From the NCBI GenBank assembly GCA_002633005.1, contig NMRA01000852.1:1-55483 (forward strand): a DNA stretch of 55,483 nucleotides, read 5' to 3'. Position 1 is the stretch's first letter. Each line of letters begins with the position of its first letter. This stretch comes from Phoronis australis. Lineage: Eukaryota; Animalia; Phoronida. Below the pieces are notes generated by a model. It was given only the letters and a program-made list of their open reading frames with translations. It ran no database searches and was not told the origin of the DNA. The position numbers were made by a program, and so were the translations under genes. Below, piece by piece: positions 12,245 to 25,203 of the stretch.

Positions 12245-13441
12245 TCACAGAGCGACCCATTGGGGCAACCAGCGGTCACTGAGATTGATTTTTTTTGCCA
12301 GATCACTTTTCGGCCGGGGCCAACCTCGCCAATACACAACATGCCCCCCTCCAAGGTAAGCACTCCAGAATCCAAACGTACTGCCGTCAGACAAAATAAC
12401 ATGGTCGCACAGAGTCAATAAGGCCATGTCTTCCTCTGGTGTTTTCAAGTAGGACAGGGTTATAAAAATAGATGTGTCGTTCAAAATGTGGTTAGTCACC
12501 CATTCCTTATCTTCTGAACACACGACGAATATAATATTGCGAAACCGTTTGTTGTAGTAGCTGATTGCGCGTTGGAAGTAGTCCGGTCCCGGGACAGTAC
12601 TGCCCCATTCGTTCAAGTTTAGTTTATCACCTCGCCGCACGTGGATCCCTATCACCGTAACCGGCTCTTCATCGGGAGTCGGAAGTCCCTTTGTAGCATT
12701 TTCGGGAATGATTTCACTCAACCTACGTCCAACTAAACAACGGATTTTTGCAAGTATGCACGTTCTACCTATTGGCGTCTTAAACATCTTCATAACATTG
12801 TCGAGAAATTTAAAGACGGATATGTAGACGTTGTTTTCAAAAACAAACTGCCGTCTGATTTCCGAACTATAATTGTGAAAATATTTGTACGAAATCAAGT
12901 ATCCCATAAAGGATGTGTTGACAGCCCGTAAATTGAGCACTTTTCTATTGAAAATGCTTGCACCTCGTTCATAGACTGTCTGATGAACAGCAATGCCATC
13001 TGTGGGTAGCTGGTGAGCTTTGGTGTTGATGAATGTTCTCTCTAGCTGTGAACCAGGTTCAGTAGCTAAGGTGGCATTATACAGTCGAGAAATCCCATAC
13101 ACAGATGCATATTGGAACATTTGATTCCCAAGCCTACCAATGATGTGTTTCTTGAGAAAATAGTACGGATTGGTTTCAACAATTAAATTTTTTTGCTCAT
13201 CCCAGTTCGAATACGAACAACATTCTGCACTCGCGGGCCTCTCGCTGGTACTCCCGTGAGAAATCTCCGTTTCTCGTAATTCGTGTACATGAGCAACACC
13301 GCTACAGTTTTTGGATGGCACCAAACAGGTAGTCAAGTGCACGTTTTCTTGCAAAAAATAATTGAACCATAATGGAATCATGAGACTTCCACCGATGACG
13401 ACAACAAGAAATGCTTTCCTGAAAGAACACCTCGACTTCAT
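12245..13441 (-). CDS. Galactoside alpha-1,2-fucosyltransferase (glycosyltransferase family GT11, FUT1/FUT2-like), single coding exon
   Basis: Motifs GRLGNQMFQYA, GYLISYKYF, IGIHVRRGD, FVVCSED, EDMALLTLCDHVILSDGSTFGFWSAYL. Type II membrane anchor MKSRCSFRKAFLVVVIGGSLMIPLWF. The start is placed at ATG 13441; the ORF extends to 13534 with alternative ATGs at 13516 and 13456. Confidence 0.93.
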   Translation of the reverse strand: MKSRCSFRKAFLVVVIGGSLMIPLWFNYFLQENVHLTTCLVPSKNCSGVAHVHELRETEISHGSTSERPASAECCSYSNWDEQKNLIVETNPYYFLKKHIIGRLGNQMFQYASVYGISRLYNATLATEPGSQLERTFINTKAHQLPTDGIAVHQTVYERGASIFNRKVLNLRAVNTSFMGYLISYKYFHNYSSEIRRQFVFENNVYISVFKFLDNVMKMFKTPIGRTCILAKIRCLVGRRLSEIIPENATKGLPTPDEEPVTVIGIHVRRGDKLNLNEWGSTVPGPDYFQRAISYYNKRFRNIIFVVCSEDKEWVTNHILNDTSIFITLSYLKTPEEDMALLTLCDHVILSDGSTFGFWSAYLGGGHVVYWRGWPRPKSDLAKKINLSDRWLPQWVAL

Positions 13442-15552
13442 AGCACAACTGTACATACAACATACAACTGTAGTCACTATAACTTCTGTTGTAATAAATT
13501 GTTTTAAAATAAGCATTCCAGGTGCAATCCTCACGTGTGTAATCCAAAAATTATTTCAGTATGTACATGTACATGTTGCTGCTCTTGCGGGTGCAGTACA
13601 GATCACATGAACGACACGTGCGACTCATACATGTAAATGTGTGAACTAAAGTCCACGCTCATGAACACGGCTCACTAACTCGATAAACACGGTTCAGGAC
13701 TCTTAGAGCACGGATAATGCAAAAAAGCAAGACTGGGACATCTGCAGCACCTGGTCTCTTCGAGAAATACAACAACACTGGATGATGCGGGCTAAGTCAG
13801 TCCACAATATTAGTGCAAATGTCACCAATCCTTAGAAATTTTTGTTCTAACATTTACAACTTGTCATTGAATACAATTGTACTTTGTTTAACATAGATGA
13901 TTTTAAAATAGCATTTTCGTTTAGTTCTTGTTATACTCTAGCTTAATTAGGAGCACGCAAATTTATCTCGAGCTGCACCCAAGACTATTTCTTGATAATT
14001 AGGTTCCGATATCAGCTCTTTTCAGCCGTATCAGATAATGCAGTCGAGCATAGAATATTGGATAATTATTTTCATTCAGTAAAAGAGTAGATTAAAATAT
14101 TTCAAACATTATTCCTGATACAATGATTAGACATGCATGACTGTCCAATGCCTGTGATCTGACATTTTTACTCGAAATCAAACTAAAGTCGTTGGCATTG
14201 TATGTTCTACTAAAGTAAGATTTACGAAAAATTATCAATAACTGTATACTCGAGCATATTTTAGTTTACATGATCGATTGCGTAATCCTATTTTACATTT
14301 GATGACCCAAGAACGTTAGAGTTCGCCGCGTCAGACCTCGCAATCTCGAGTTTCAGTCAACAATTACAATTTTTTTCTAAGCGGGTGAACTTTGTCAAAA
14401 CAAACATCTAACTGTTTGTTTTTCGTTCTTCATTAGCCACTCAAGTCTTGACCCCAGTTTATGAACTTTTGCTGGGCTATTTAAACACAGTAAAAATGAG
14501 TCAACTTACGAACTGTCTGAAATTGCAACGAAGGCGCTGTAAAATAAAATGTTAAATAGTCTCGCGAAAATATAATTTCGAGCTCTAGCTTTGAAGCGCT
14601 TTTAAACAGAATAAAGAAACAATTAAATGTTACACCCAAGTTGTATAAGTCCACTAAAACAAAGCTCATCGTGTTTCGACTGCAGGTGTTTGATGATGGC
14701 AATATTCGGAGAGTAGCTCGCATTGGTAGATATTTATCGATTTTGATTATCACTTCATCACATATTCGCATCTGTCGATTGAAAATTATTTCATTTCGAG
14801 GAACGTGTAAATATGCTGGTGATAAAAAAAATCATCACTAGCGCAGATTTTAACATCATCCATGCAAGAAAACGACTAGCACAAAGCTAAGATAATTTGT
14901 TAGCGTCAAACGTAATCTATTCCTATTTAGAATTTGACGTCACTTCCTGAGTTTGTAAAGGTCGTAACGATATCGTTTCGAAGATACATGGACAGACCTC
15001 TGAGGCCTTCGGATTAACAACGCAATACTACATGACCGTACATGTTTCTCGTCTTTACACGAAGGGGTGATACTTTGAAGAAAAGTTCTACGTAGTATTG
15101 ACCATTAGGTTTTAAAACTCTCTCACCTTAAAGAAAAAATCCGAGTGCATATGTGTTTTCATGGATGGCGATAAAAATAATTTACTCAATGATTCAAAAA
15201 TAATTTTGTGCCAATGCAATATTCAGTTTTATGACTCAGCTTTCAAAACAAGTTTATTTTGTTGCACTGATTGTTCGCCAGGGTTACTAGCTACATGTAC
15301 TTTCGAGAGCATGATATCAAATGTCTTGCTTTAATTAATGTTAACAAAATTGATTTCTTTTATACGTCCAGAATGTTGTCAGAACAGTTACAGAAACGTA
15401 TCGCTTTCGTCAACGTCGCAGTAATTCCGGATCTTCCATCGAACTGACAGGAACCCGGATATAAAACCGATATCCTGGAGTCTTCTGCGCTAACCCGCCT
15501 GAAAAACACGAACTTTTAAAGCAGGAACCCCGGGGTTTGGACACAAAACCAG

Positions 15553-15692
15553 CCTCCCGTTCATTAAGGCTAGGACCTCGCTAAAAAGCAAGACTTCGTG
15601 AGATATTGCTGTGTATTTCAAATTAGAACAAGTGACTTTGGCTAGATTTTAGCTAGGTCCTAGCGTAGGTCCTAGCGTTACTGAACGCACGC
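15553..15692 (+). mobile_element. ~150-bp MITE, family copy 1
   Basis: CCTCCCGTTCA..GCTAGGACCTCGCTAAAAAGCAAGACTTCG...AGCTAGGTCCTAGCGTAGGTCCTAGCGTTACTGAACGCACGC; matches 28575-28725 (reverse) and 52462-52612. Confidence 0.85.
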
Positions 15693-16259
15693 CCGGACAA
15701 TTTTTCAAATTTTCTGAGACCGTGGTCAGCAGCGTCAAACTTTGATTTAAAGCATCTTCAAATACTGTCCAGTTGTTTTCTGCACTTTTTGTTAAGTAAA
15801 ATTTGTAAATAATAAAACGTAGCTTATATTAAATTTGTTATTTGTTTTCTAGCGGTAAAACTCGTGCGACTTGTCTGTAGGCGAATTTCAGCGTAATCTA
15901 TACTCTCAACACGTTCTCGATGAATATTTAGTTAATTTCGGATTATTCGATAGTTTCTCCAAAAATATTTCCAAAAGCGATTTGCAAAAATATTATATCG
16001 AAGTTTGAGTGCTATTGTGATAGAACTATAGTTAATTGGAGAATTTGGGGAAAAAATATGTGACGTAATATTTCATGGCGCCGAGACCCGACGCAAAAGG
16101 GGTCGTACAACTGCAGCATCAGAGTAATATACTTATACAGTACATACAGAACGCCAAACCATCACACGTTGTCTAAAATTGTCATACAACGACATATATT
16201 TACAAAACTATTTAAAGTAAGATTTGTTTTTCATCAACAAATGTTTAAGAAAAAGTTCG

Positions 16260-16430
16260 GGTTGGTGTTTCGATTCCCGGGTGTCCTGTCTCGTCACCGG
16301 GGTGCCTGTTTCAAAGGTCGGGGTTCGTGTATTTCGCGCTGGTTAGCTGTTTTGTAGGTTCGGGAGTCTGTTACCGATTCAAGGGTATCTGTTCCACCAT
16401 GAATCCTGTTTCGATGAAATACCCTGTTAT
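16260..16430. repeat. Degenerate ~20-bp-period minisatellite
   Basis: Recurring GGG.G..CTGTT.C units at roughly 20-21 bp spacing. Confidence 0.45.
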
Positions 16431-16508
16431 TGTACAGTGTATCAGCGGTACAAATGTTGTCTCCTACAGTGGTTCATAACAAGTTTACGTTTGTTGTTAC
16501 AGTGTTAA

Positions 16509-17250
16509 AGGAGAATGCCACCCAATTTTATTAGTCTTTTTTGCCGTCTTAATCAGTTTATATCCACTTCGCCTCGCACACGGTTAACCTTACCTTCCCA
16601 CGAGGTGGTGTGTTAACCTGTGAGGAAGGTGAGAAACGACGCTAGCGACGTCAGAGGTTCATATACAGAGTGAATGCGCTATGTTGCGGCGCATCGTTCC
16701 CGCTTGTCCCAACTAAGCAGCTGCAAGGAAAGCGGGTATATCGTTTTTTTACTTCCTCGAAAGTACGAAATGGTTATTAAGTGGCTCATAGTAGTGAAGA
16801 ATGGAATGTACGCTGTAAATAACAAGCATGAGGCCGCGAAACATCTCCGTGTCTGTGGCCTGCAGACGTCGACAGTGCCTGACGAATGCGGGCTTACCAA
16901 ATAACTCCATAATACGTTCCGTTGTCTGAGCTTGTTCACGGCGCCTCTCTAGTATTTCTTCATCACTGTATTCCTGTTCGAATTGATAGCCTGTAAAATT
17001 TAACGATCCACCTGCGAAGTCGGGACTGATCATGAGCTCTATCTCGTTCTAAGTCGGGATTGCAGTTGCCATGTTGGCGTTTATTACTGAGCGCTCTGTT
17101 TCAAAATGAATTATTCTCACCCTAACCATTACTTATATAAAACTGGAACAAAGTATGTCTCATTAGATGCAATTTGTAATGCCTTTGGAGTGTTCGTGAG
17201 TGCAAATGATTTGAGAAGACAACAATGAATAAATCATTGCGTTACCGGCT
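16509..17250. mobile_element. Internally deleted Kolobok-like element with convergent THAP (+) and KolX/P2X7-ballast-like (-) ORF stubs
   Basis: Left end TTAA|AGGAGAATGCCACCC resembles the 567 terminus. Plus ORF 16674-16904 (MRYVAA..FLLPRK..KWLIVVK..HLRVCGL) is THAP-like; the minus stub from ~17072 has GYQFEQEYSDEE..ER. Right boundary uncertain (GGCT|TTAA at 17251). Confidence 0.65.
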
Positions 17251-18314
17251 TTAATTAGGTGCAATAAAACCGTTGACGGGACACCTACGCCGTGAGAGCT
17301 CATGCTAATTTAGTGTTTAAGTGTTTTTAGAATCTTTATTTACATTTACATTACTCAAATAATGATCGTCAATGTACAACGTCTGCCCTGACGTTGCTGT
17401 GGCCAAAGCGGAACCTGAATTCGGGCCCTCGACGAGTAAGTAGATTTGCAGTTTCGTGGCTAATTCACCAACATAATCAGGTGCACATTACTTTGGCTGA
17501 CTAGTATAGTATTTCATTGACTGGAAGTTTAGTTTCCACTGAACTTTGGCTGGTTTATGTTCGTGATGTCTGATCAGTTTCCGAGCCACTGGCCGGGAGT
17601 CAATCCGGCCGGCCGCGACGGGCCTGGTCGGGCTCCGAGCTGGCCAGGATAACAAGGGCTTTGTGTTTAAAACTCAAAAAATTACAAGTCTAAACAACCC
17701 AGATTTAGGTTCTCCTGTCTGCATCTCATGGAAAATACTTCGAAATTATCTCCGAAGAGACCACAAACTCCTGCTACGGACCTTATTGGCCTGCCGAACT
17801 CTGTAGGTTACGGTGTGTCCAAATACCGATAAATCCGTAAGAGCGAAATAAAACAACACGTTTTTATAAGAACTCGGTGTATTTTTAAGGGTTTTACATC
17901 GAAGTTTGATGATTTATTGGTGTTAAACGATGACTTCAAGCGATAAGCTGACACCAGTAACCCGTGTTGTGAACTGCTGAACAGACTGCGTATGAAACCG
18001 ATGACGTCATTGGATAATTCCAACACCTCCGTCTGCCGTCAGGTGTCAGGTAACGCAACCGTACATGTACGTGGCGTTATGGAGTAGAACTACTCGATCT
18101 AAATTGATACAAATTAGGTTTGTTTTTTGGGTGGCATGCTCATTTAATTCATTTAAAAAATGTTCCCTAACTTTTGGCTTCGATTTCGTTTGCATTAGAT
18201 GATATATTCCTGCGAAATATTCAGATCCGCAGTTGCACCAATTTCTACTGGCAGCTGTGAGGCGAAAGGCACAAATCAAAGAATCACACGTGACCACATT
18301 TACTTTCAAAGTAT

Positions 18315-18730
18315 TAACAATGTCAACAATGTTCCTGTCGAAAACATTATTTGATCTATCTACTAGACAAGGCCATCGTACTGGTTTGAGATCCTCCGCC
18401 CCATTTGCAATTCCTCCGTCGTTCAGCCAGGCATTCAAAAAGTCTACAGATATGATGTGCATCAACAACTGTGATCCTCTTCCAGTCCCTTTTAAGGAAA
18501 GCGTATCTTTTACGAGTATAAAAATAGTTTTAAATCTGTTTTTAATAGTTTTTACAACTCAATAGCCCTTACACAATTCTCGCTTGCCGGCGAAAACCAA
18601 ATAGTATTGTTTCGATCGAGATGCGGTCTTTTCCTCAACTCCGACAAGTTTAGATACATCTTTAATAATGTCTCTCCAAACTGTAAATGTGGTGACCATG
18701 AATATTACCCTCGTGTTTTTTTCCAACGTG
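18315..18730 (+). mobile_element. CR1/L2-type LINE ORF2 3' fragment (degenerate)
   Basis: GLRSSAPFAIP..FKKS..CINNCDPLP..KES.SF followed by LNSD..SPNCKCGDHE zinc-knuckle-like tail; homologous copy at 54877-55211. Confidence 0.65.
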
Positions 18731-21700
18731 TCTCATCGAATACCCGAGAAACTCGCTCTTTCGTGTACTCGATGGAAACCAATTAATAGCAAATGTTTTT
18801 AATTCCTGTAATAATATCTCCACTAAAGATATATTTTAATTAAATGGTAGTCCAAACTTCAACCTTTTTTCTCAGTGGATTCCTCTTAAGCAGTGTTACT
18901 AAGTTTTAATGTATTGCTTATAAATTTTGTTGCTTCTGATTTGCATATATGAGCATGTTCCTGTTTTTATTATGTTTGTACTAGCATCTCTAAATATTTG
19001 AATACGTAAATTAGATAGTACTTACATACATATGGTTCTAGGGGTAAACTACTTTCATCTATGCACTGTCTACAACCCAGATATAATTCTTCGCGATTTC
19101 TGGGTTTGTCGTTATTTTCCTTATATGCTCTGTGTATCCTTCAATAAATATAGATATCACTTTAATAAAGAATAATCACATTTGACAGTTTATGAACACT
19201 TGCAAAAGTATAATTAAAATCTTATAGCCGTAACACACCTGGCGTTTAGAATTAAAACTAATCAATTACATGCTTACCGGACATTCATGACACTGGCTTC
19301 ACTACCCGCAGGTAGATATACATGTTCAGGGTACAGAGCCCAATAAACCATGCATACAACTGTACCCGTACATGTATGTCACAAACCTATCCACACCAGG
19401 CATCTGCAGACAATAAAATATTAACAAAACAATACAACTGCTAGGTGTTTACAGCAATACTTTCATAGACGTGTACATATACACCTTCATGTCAGGTGTA
19501 CAAACGAAATTATCAAGTTCATTTACTTGCGCATGTGCAAAAGACCTGTGCAAATGATGTAATCACGCAGAGTGAGTAAATTTAATGTAGTTAGGTGCAC
19601 ATACACTGTATGCCGGACAAATAAAAGATATTTTTACACATGGCAATACAAAAATCTGCTGTTGAGTGATTATTTCTGACAAGAACGGTTGTCAAATGCG
19701 GAATCTGGACTTTTGTTAGGGAGAGGCGTAGCGTTTTAGTTTGCGTTCCTTCCGAAAATCCTGAAAATGGGTGCTTGAAATGTTATGTCCCGAAATGTGT
19801 CGTACTCAAAGCGAGGTAAAGGCTAGTCATGAGATAAAAAAATGTGTTTGGCTCTATGGAACCACGATCGCATCATTCACGGTTGGCTATGTGTTACTTC
19901 ATCCGATATTACAACGTACGCTTTACGCGGTACGTCGTAAACTTTTTTTAATCGAAATTTGAAGACTTCGTAGTTCGTCTCGGTTGATTTACAGTATGTC
20001 GGACCCTGGCCAAACGACTTTGCAAGCTTTGGAAAATGTAAGCTTTTCATTACGTAGATACTGTCCCTGTTTACAGGTTCAAATGTAATGTTGGCATTTA
20101 ATGCAGCATCCAAACTATTTAACTTAAACCCTCAAGAGTGGATTTTATAATCCGCCGCATTAATCGTATTCGTGTCGGAAGGCGAAAATACACGAGTTCG
20201 CACTGTTCACTGTATACGTTTGTGAACTAACGGAACAGCTAACGTCAAGGTCGTACAGCGTTGCATGTGCCGGGGACTTCTCATAAAGCGCTCTCAAGCT
20301 GGGAGTATTTTTAGGATTAGCGCTTTTTCGTAATTTATAAGTTCTTGTTACGGCTGAGTACAGTAGAATTATGCCGCAATTTTATGAACGCAGCGAAATT
20401 GAATCTTGCGTGTTGACTGGAAAACGCAGAACACTAACACGCGAGGCCGACGGTATACAGGACACGATTTATTTCTGGCGCCATATGGTTGCAATGTATC
20501 ATTCAACAAACTGAGCGTCATTTACCAACCGAAAATGGCCAAATCATGCACTATAAGCATCACCAGATGTCGCTTTTTCTTCTTTCATTTTGCATCGTCT
20601 TGGGCCCTTTATCGCGGAGATACACGCAAACAAACTAGCATATCCTTGTAGATGTCGAATTTCCAAAACGCAAATAAAAAAGTTGCGGTTCGATCAAACA
20701 CAAACAAAAAGTGTACATGTATGGACGGAGACTTTGTTAAGAACGCAGAAAAATATCGTGTAGGTTTGAAATATCCTGTGGGTAGATCGTTACAAAAGTT
20801 GTAGTGTAGAAGTTCATAGTAGTTTGTAAATGAACTCATTTCTTCTGAAAGTTCATGCAGTGTATATGTATGTTACCGTAAACAAGAGACATTGGAACAC
20901 ATTTTACGATTATTATGTTACTGAAGGCACATGAGTGGATTCTGGAAAATAACAATATCCGTGACAAAAAGACAAATGAACACCTGTTCCATAGTTGTCA
21001 ACGTTGGAAAATGAAAAACGGACATATGAATTGAGAACCAGGAATTGCGGATAAAAAACGGGATATCTGGCGTCTATGTCAACTGCAACGCACAAGAATG
21101 TTTCGTCAGCGTTTCTTGTAGAACGAGAGAGCGTCGGCCCTTTTTGTTATTTTCTTTTAAGACGAATGTACCTCAAAAACATGTGACGTCCCGCTTTATT
21201 TTTGTTAGTCGAACGGGAAAATGGTGCTATCTCGCGAGACAAATTACAGATATATATTATATGCCAGTGTCGCCGTGTGTCAAAAAGCGGGATATTGTAA
21301 TGGTGGAGCGGCATGGCGGGATAGTCTGCTGAGTTTTCTGAGATGTTACCTTGAAAGTTTGCCAGGTTATTGATACCATCGTTTTGCCGTGAATGTGTTT
21401 TTGCTAGTTATTCCTAGAATGCCACGGCACGTTATCAATTGATGGCAAGTTGGTATCATGTCTAAAATGAAATTCTACCGTCTTTCTACTTTCAGAAAAT
21501 GTTTCTATACTTTCACATAGTTAAATTCTGTGCGTTGTCTGATATCTTGCTAAATACGCAGGACTGTCGACACTTTCCTAAATAGGAAAAAAATGCCAGG
21601 CATAAACACTGGTAGAGGGTGATGTACAGCAACGTAGTCTGTCTAGAGAGCCTCGCTTTCACTGTGATGTTCCTCTGCTGCTCATGTAGCGGCTACATCG

Positions 21701-21960
21701 CTGTCTTTTATTTTCTCATTGAAACGGAGTCACGTTACTGTTAAGAAAGGCGGTAAACACTTTTCTGTACATGTATGTGGCTCTTAATATGCATGTAAAA
21801 CGCTACATGCACTGTAGTATTTAGGAATTCACTTTAGACCAAGTACAGGTGGGGTAATTTTGAGGTTGCGTGTATCAAAAAATAGTTAATTTGCTCTCTC
21901 TGTTGCTGGGTCTGTTTTATTGTAAACACCTTTTGCCGAGTTGTTTTATGCACGGGAATC

Positions 21961-22911
21961 CATAGGCGGATTTAGGAGGGAGGAGGCCCCCCTAGGCTCC
22001 CGCAAAAAATAAAACAGCAACAAATAAATAAAATAGCAAGAGCGTAGGGAAATGATGGGTTTATTAATTAACCCCGGTAATTGAAATTAAACGGCTGAAA
22101 AAGTTTTTAATGTGTGCAGTTTTAGAGTTTGGGGGGGGGGGATCAGTTCCCAATTTTTCAAGTGTCAAATTCGGAACACGGCGCAATCGTAACGGAACTA
22201 TGGCTAAGTATAGGCTTTCCCGCGATGTCCCAGGCGACTGGCAGTGGCGCTGCGCACTACGACTCCGTTTCCGTCGTCTGCACCACTGTGCAATGAAGAA
22301 AATTACTTCATTTTTTAAAGAAAATGGAATCTGAGTGACGGTGAAAAAACAGAAGCTGCTGGTAAGATGTGAATTTTAATCGAAGCCTTAATGAATCACT
22401 TAATAGAAAATGATAATTCTCTCTTTGTCAAACATTAACTTAAGACGATTTCCTATGCAATCGCGTCATTATTGCGAACACAAAAACAGAATTGATCTTT
22501 TGGGCAATTGGAGACAATTTTAAATACAACAAATTTATTACGAACTGATTGCAAAAAATATAAAATGTGTAATAAGCATTACAAAGAGAAGTAGATTTCG
22601 CGCGCAAACGCTGTGGATCATAAACAAGAAGGTCTCTTTGAAGTGGTGGTGCAGTGGTAAAGCACGCGCGCTAAGTCGTGAGTTAGAGTCAGTCTGTGGT
22701 GATGGCAGTTTTTCTGTTTGACACGTTTTTTCCCTTTTTTCTTGGATAATACTTCGGGAATCACGGCAAATGCTAAATTTTTATAGGAAAACAAACATTC
22801 CCTGGGCGACCTCCCCCCATTCGGTGATATGCGCATCTACAATCGTGCTTTGCGCAAATGTTTACAGACAAAATTTTGAGCCCCACACATGATGTCCTAA
22901 ATCCGCCACTG
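21961..22911 (+). mobile_element. ~950-bp non-autonomous hAT-like element
   Basis: TIRs CATAGGCGGATTTAGG / CCTAAATCCGCCACTG; imperfect 5-bp flanks GAATC/GTATC; internal stub MKKITSFFK at 22293 followed by a gtaag donor. Confidence 0.6.
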
Positions 22912-24233
22912 GTATCTTACATGCTTGCCACAAGTTCCTTTTGGTATAGTTTTGTCAGCCGGAGGCTGTACACTGTAGTTAAGTTGACCCCACGTGACAG
23001 TGGTTATTAGTGTGGTGAGGCGTGTCGAACTGCGATTGTCCTGCTTTACTCGTCATCGTCTGCGTACCAAAAACTGACACCTTACCCTCGATCGTGTTTA
23101 CATGACAATCCTTTCGCATAATCATTTACTTTTGATTATGGCCCCGAATGCGACTTAAGCAAGATGATTTATGGGTTTTCATTTTTATGTTATTTTTGTG
23201 AATGTTCTCACACTTCAGGTCCCATTTATTATCCTATCAACTTGAAATTTATACAAAACGCGTGTGTCTTGTGATTACGTGGGCGGACCAGCACTGAAAT
23301 ATGTGGAGGGGGTCTACAAGCGCCCCTATCCCCTGTGGTGTGCCGCCGTTGGATTACCTTCAAACGCCTCGTTGTTAAAAACATCGGGCGCAAGGCAAGT
23401 CCTGTGGCGGCCATTTTTCAATCTTTTGGTCAATAGATATCTCCGGCGTTTCAGGAGGGTTTTTTATCTTCACTACAGTAGCTATCAAAAGCATGCAAAC
23501 ATTTTTCTCTACGGCTAACCGTTCGCAAGCTATTCGTGATCTTCCTTTAGCTGCTCTTGATTGAGTTTTCAAACTGTATTTCCATCCTCTGTTGACAAAT
23601 CTTCCTGACATTTGGTATCTCGATAGCTTTCCTTACATGCCTTTTGGTTTTTATTCATACTTACCGTTTATGAGATATTTGATAATATCTGACTGAATGA
23701 CTGTTCTTTTTGACTACTCCTCGCAGCATTTCTATTGTTATATCATACTCGAGATACAGGTGGCATTCCTCATACATTTCATTTGTATTTCACTGAGAAC
23801 ATGTGATTTTCAACGGCTTACATGTAGAAGCTACCGTGTTTGGTTGAAGTCGGACTCAAGAGGACGCTGTGGTGGCCATTTTTAATTTTAGCTTTGCGCA
23901 CGCATAGGCATGTCGTTCCTGAAGGAAATGTTTAAAACTTGGTCTGTTGGTAGATCTTTTCAAGAACTATGACGTGGTTTTCATCCGTTTTCCTCTTCCA
24001 CGGTTCACGAGCTACTCCGAGATTTCCGTATTGCTTCTCTGTTGCGGATTTCATGTTCCATAACTTCAACATGGCGGAATTTTCTCTGTAGAATTCCTTA
24101 TACGTGGATAGATTTCTTCAATCACTATCTGACCGTTTCCAGCTTTGACTTAATGTTCCCGAGTTATCAAAGGTTCATTGTCTTACATGTATATAAAGGT
24201 TATACAACGTACGTGTATGTACCAGTGGTTATT

Positions 24234-25203
24234 CAGTGGCGGATCTAGGATATCACTAGGGGGGGCAACATTTTTGTCCGGTTGTAAGCATTTGCACAAA
24301 CCACGATTGTAGATGCGCATAGCACNNNNNNNNNNNNNNNNNNNNNNNNNNNNNNNNNNNNNNNNNNNNNNNNNNNNNNNNNNNNNNNNNNNNNNNNNNN
24401 NNNNNNNNNNNNNNNNNNNNNNNNNNNNNNNNNNNNNNNNNNNNNNNNNNNNNNNNNNNNNNNNNNNNNNNNNNNNNNNNNNNNNNNNNNNNNNNNNNNN
24501 NNNNNNNNNNNNNNNNNNNNNNNNNNNNNNNNNNNNNNNNNNNNNNNNNNNNNNNNNNNNNNNNNNNNNNNNNNNNNNNNNNNNNNNNNNNNNNNNNNNN
24601 NNNNNNNNNNNNNNNNNNNNNNNNNNNNNNNNNNNNNNNNNNNNNNNNNNNNNNNNNNNNNNNNNNNNNNNNNNNNNNNNNNNNNNNNNNNNNNNNNNNN
24701 NNNNNNNNNNNNNNNNNNNNNNNNNNNNNNNNNNNNNNNNNNNNNNNNNNNNNNNNNNNNNNNNNNNNNNNNNNNNNNNNNNNNNNNNNNNNNNNNNNNN
24801 NNNNNNNNNNNNNNNNNNNNNNNNNNNNNNNNNNNNNNNNNNNNNNNNNNNNNNNNNNNNNNNNNNNNNNNNNNNNNNNNNNNNNNNNNNNNNNNNNNNN
24901 NNNNNNNNNNNNNNNNNNNNNNNNNNNNNNNNNNNNNNNNNNNNNNNNNNNNNNNNNNNNNNNNNNNNNNNNNNNNNNNNNNNNNNNNNNNNNNNNNNNN
25001 NNNNNNNNNNNNNNNNNNNNNNNNNNNNNNNNNNNNNNNNNNNNNNNNNNNNNNNNNNNNNNNNNNNNNNNNNNNNNNNNNNNNNNNNNNNNNNNNNNNN
25101 NNNNNNNNNNNNNNNNNNNNNNNNNNNNNNNNNNNNNNNNNNNNNNNNNNNNNNNNNNNNNNNNNNNNNNNNNNNNNNNNNNNCCCCCCTAAATCCGCCT
25201 ATG
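24234..25203 (-). mobile_element. Second, inverted copy of the hAT-like element, interior lost in the N gap
   Basis: CAGTGGCGGATCTAGG...ACGATTGTAGATGCGCAT is the approximate reverse complement of 22829-22911; ends CCTAAATCCGCCTATG; perfect 5-bp flanks TTATT/TTATT. Confidence 0.65.
24326..25182. other. Assembly gap (run of N)
   Basis: Ns in sequence. Confidence 1.
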
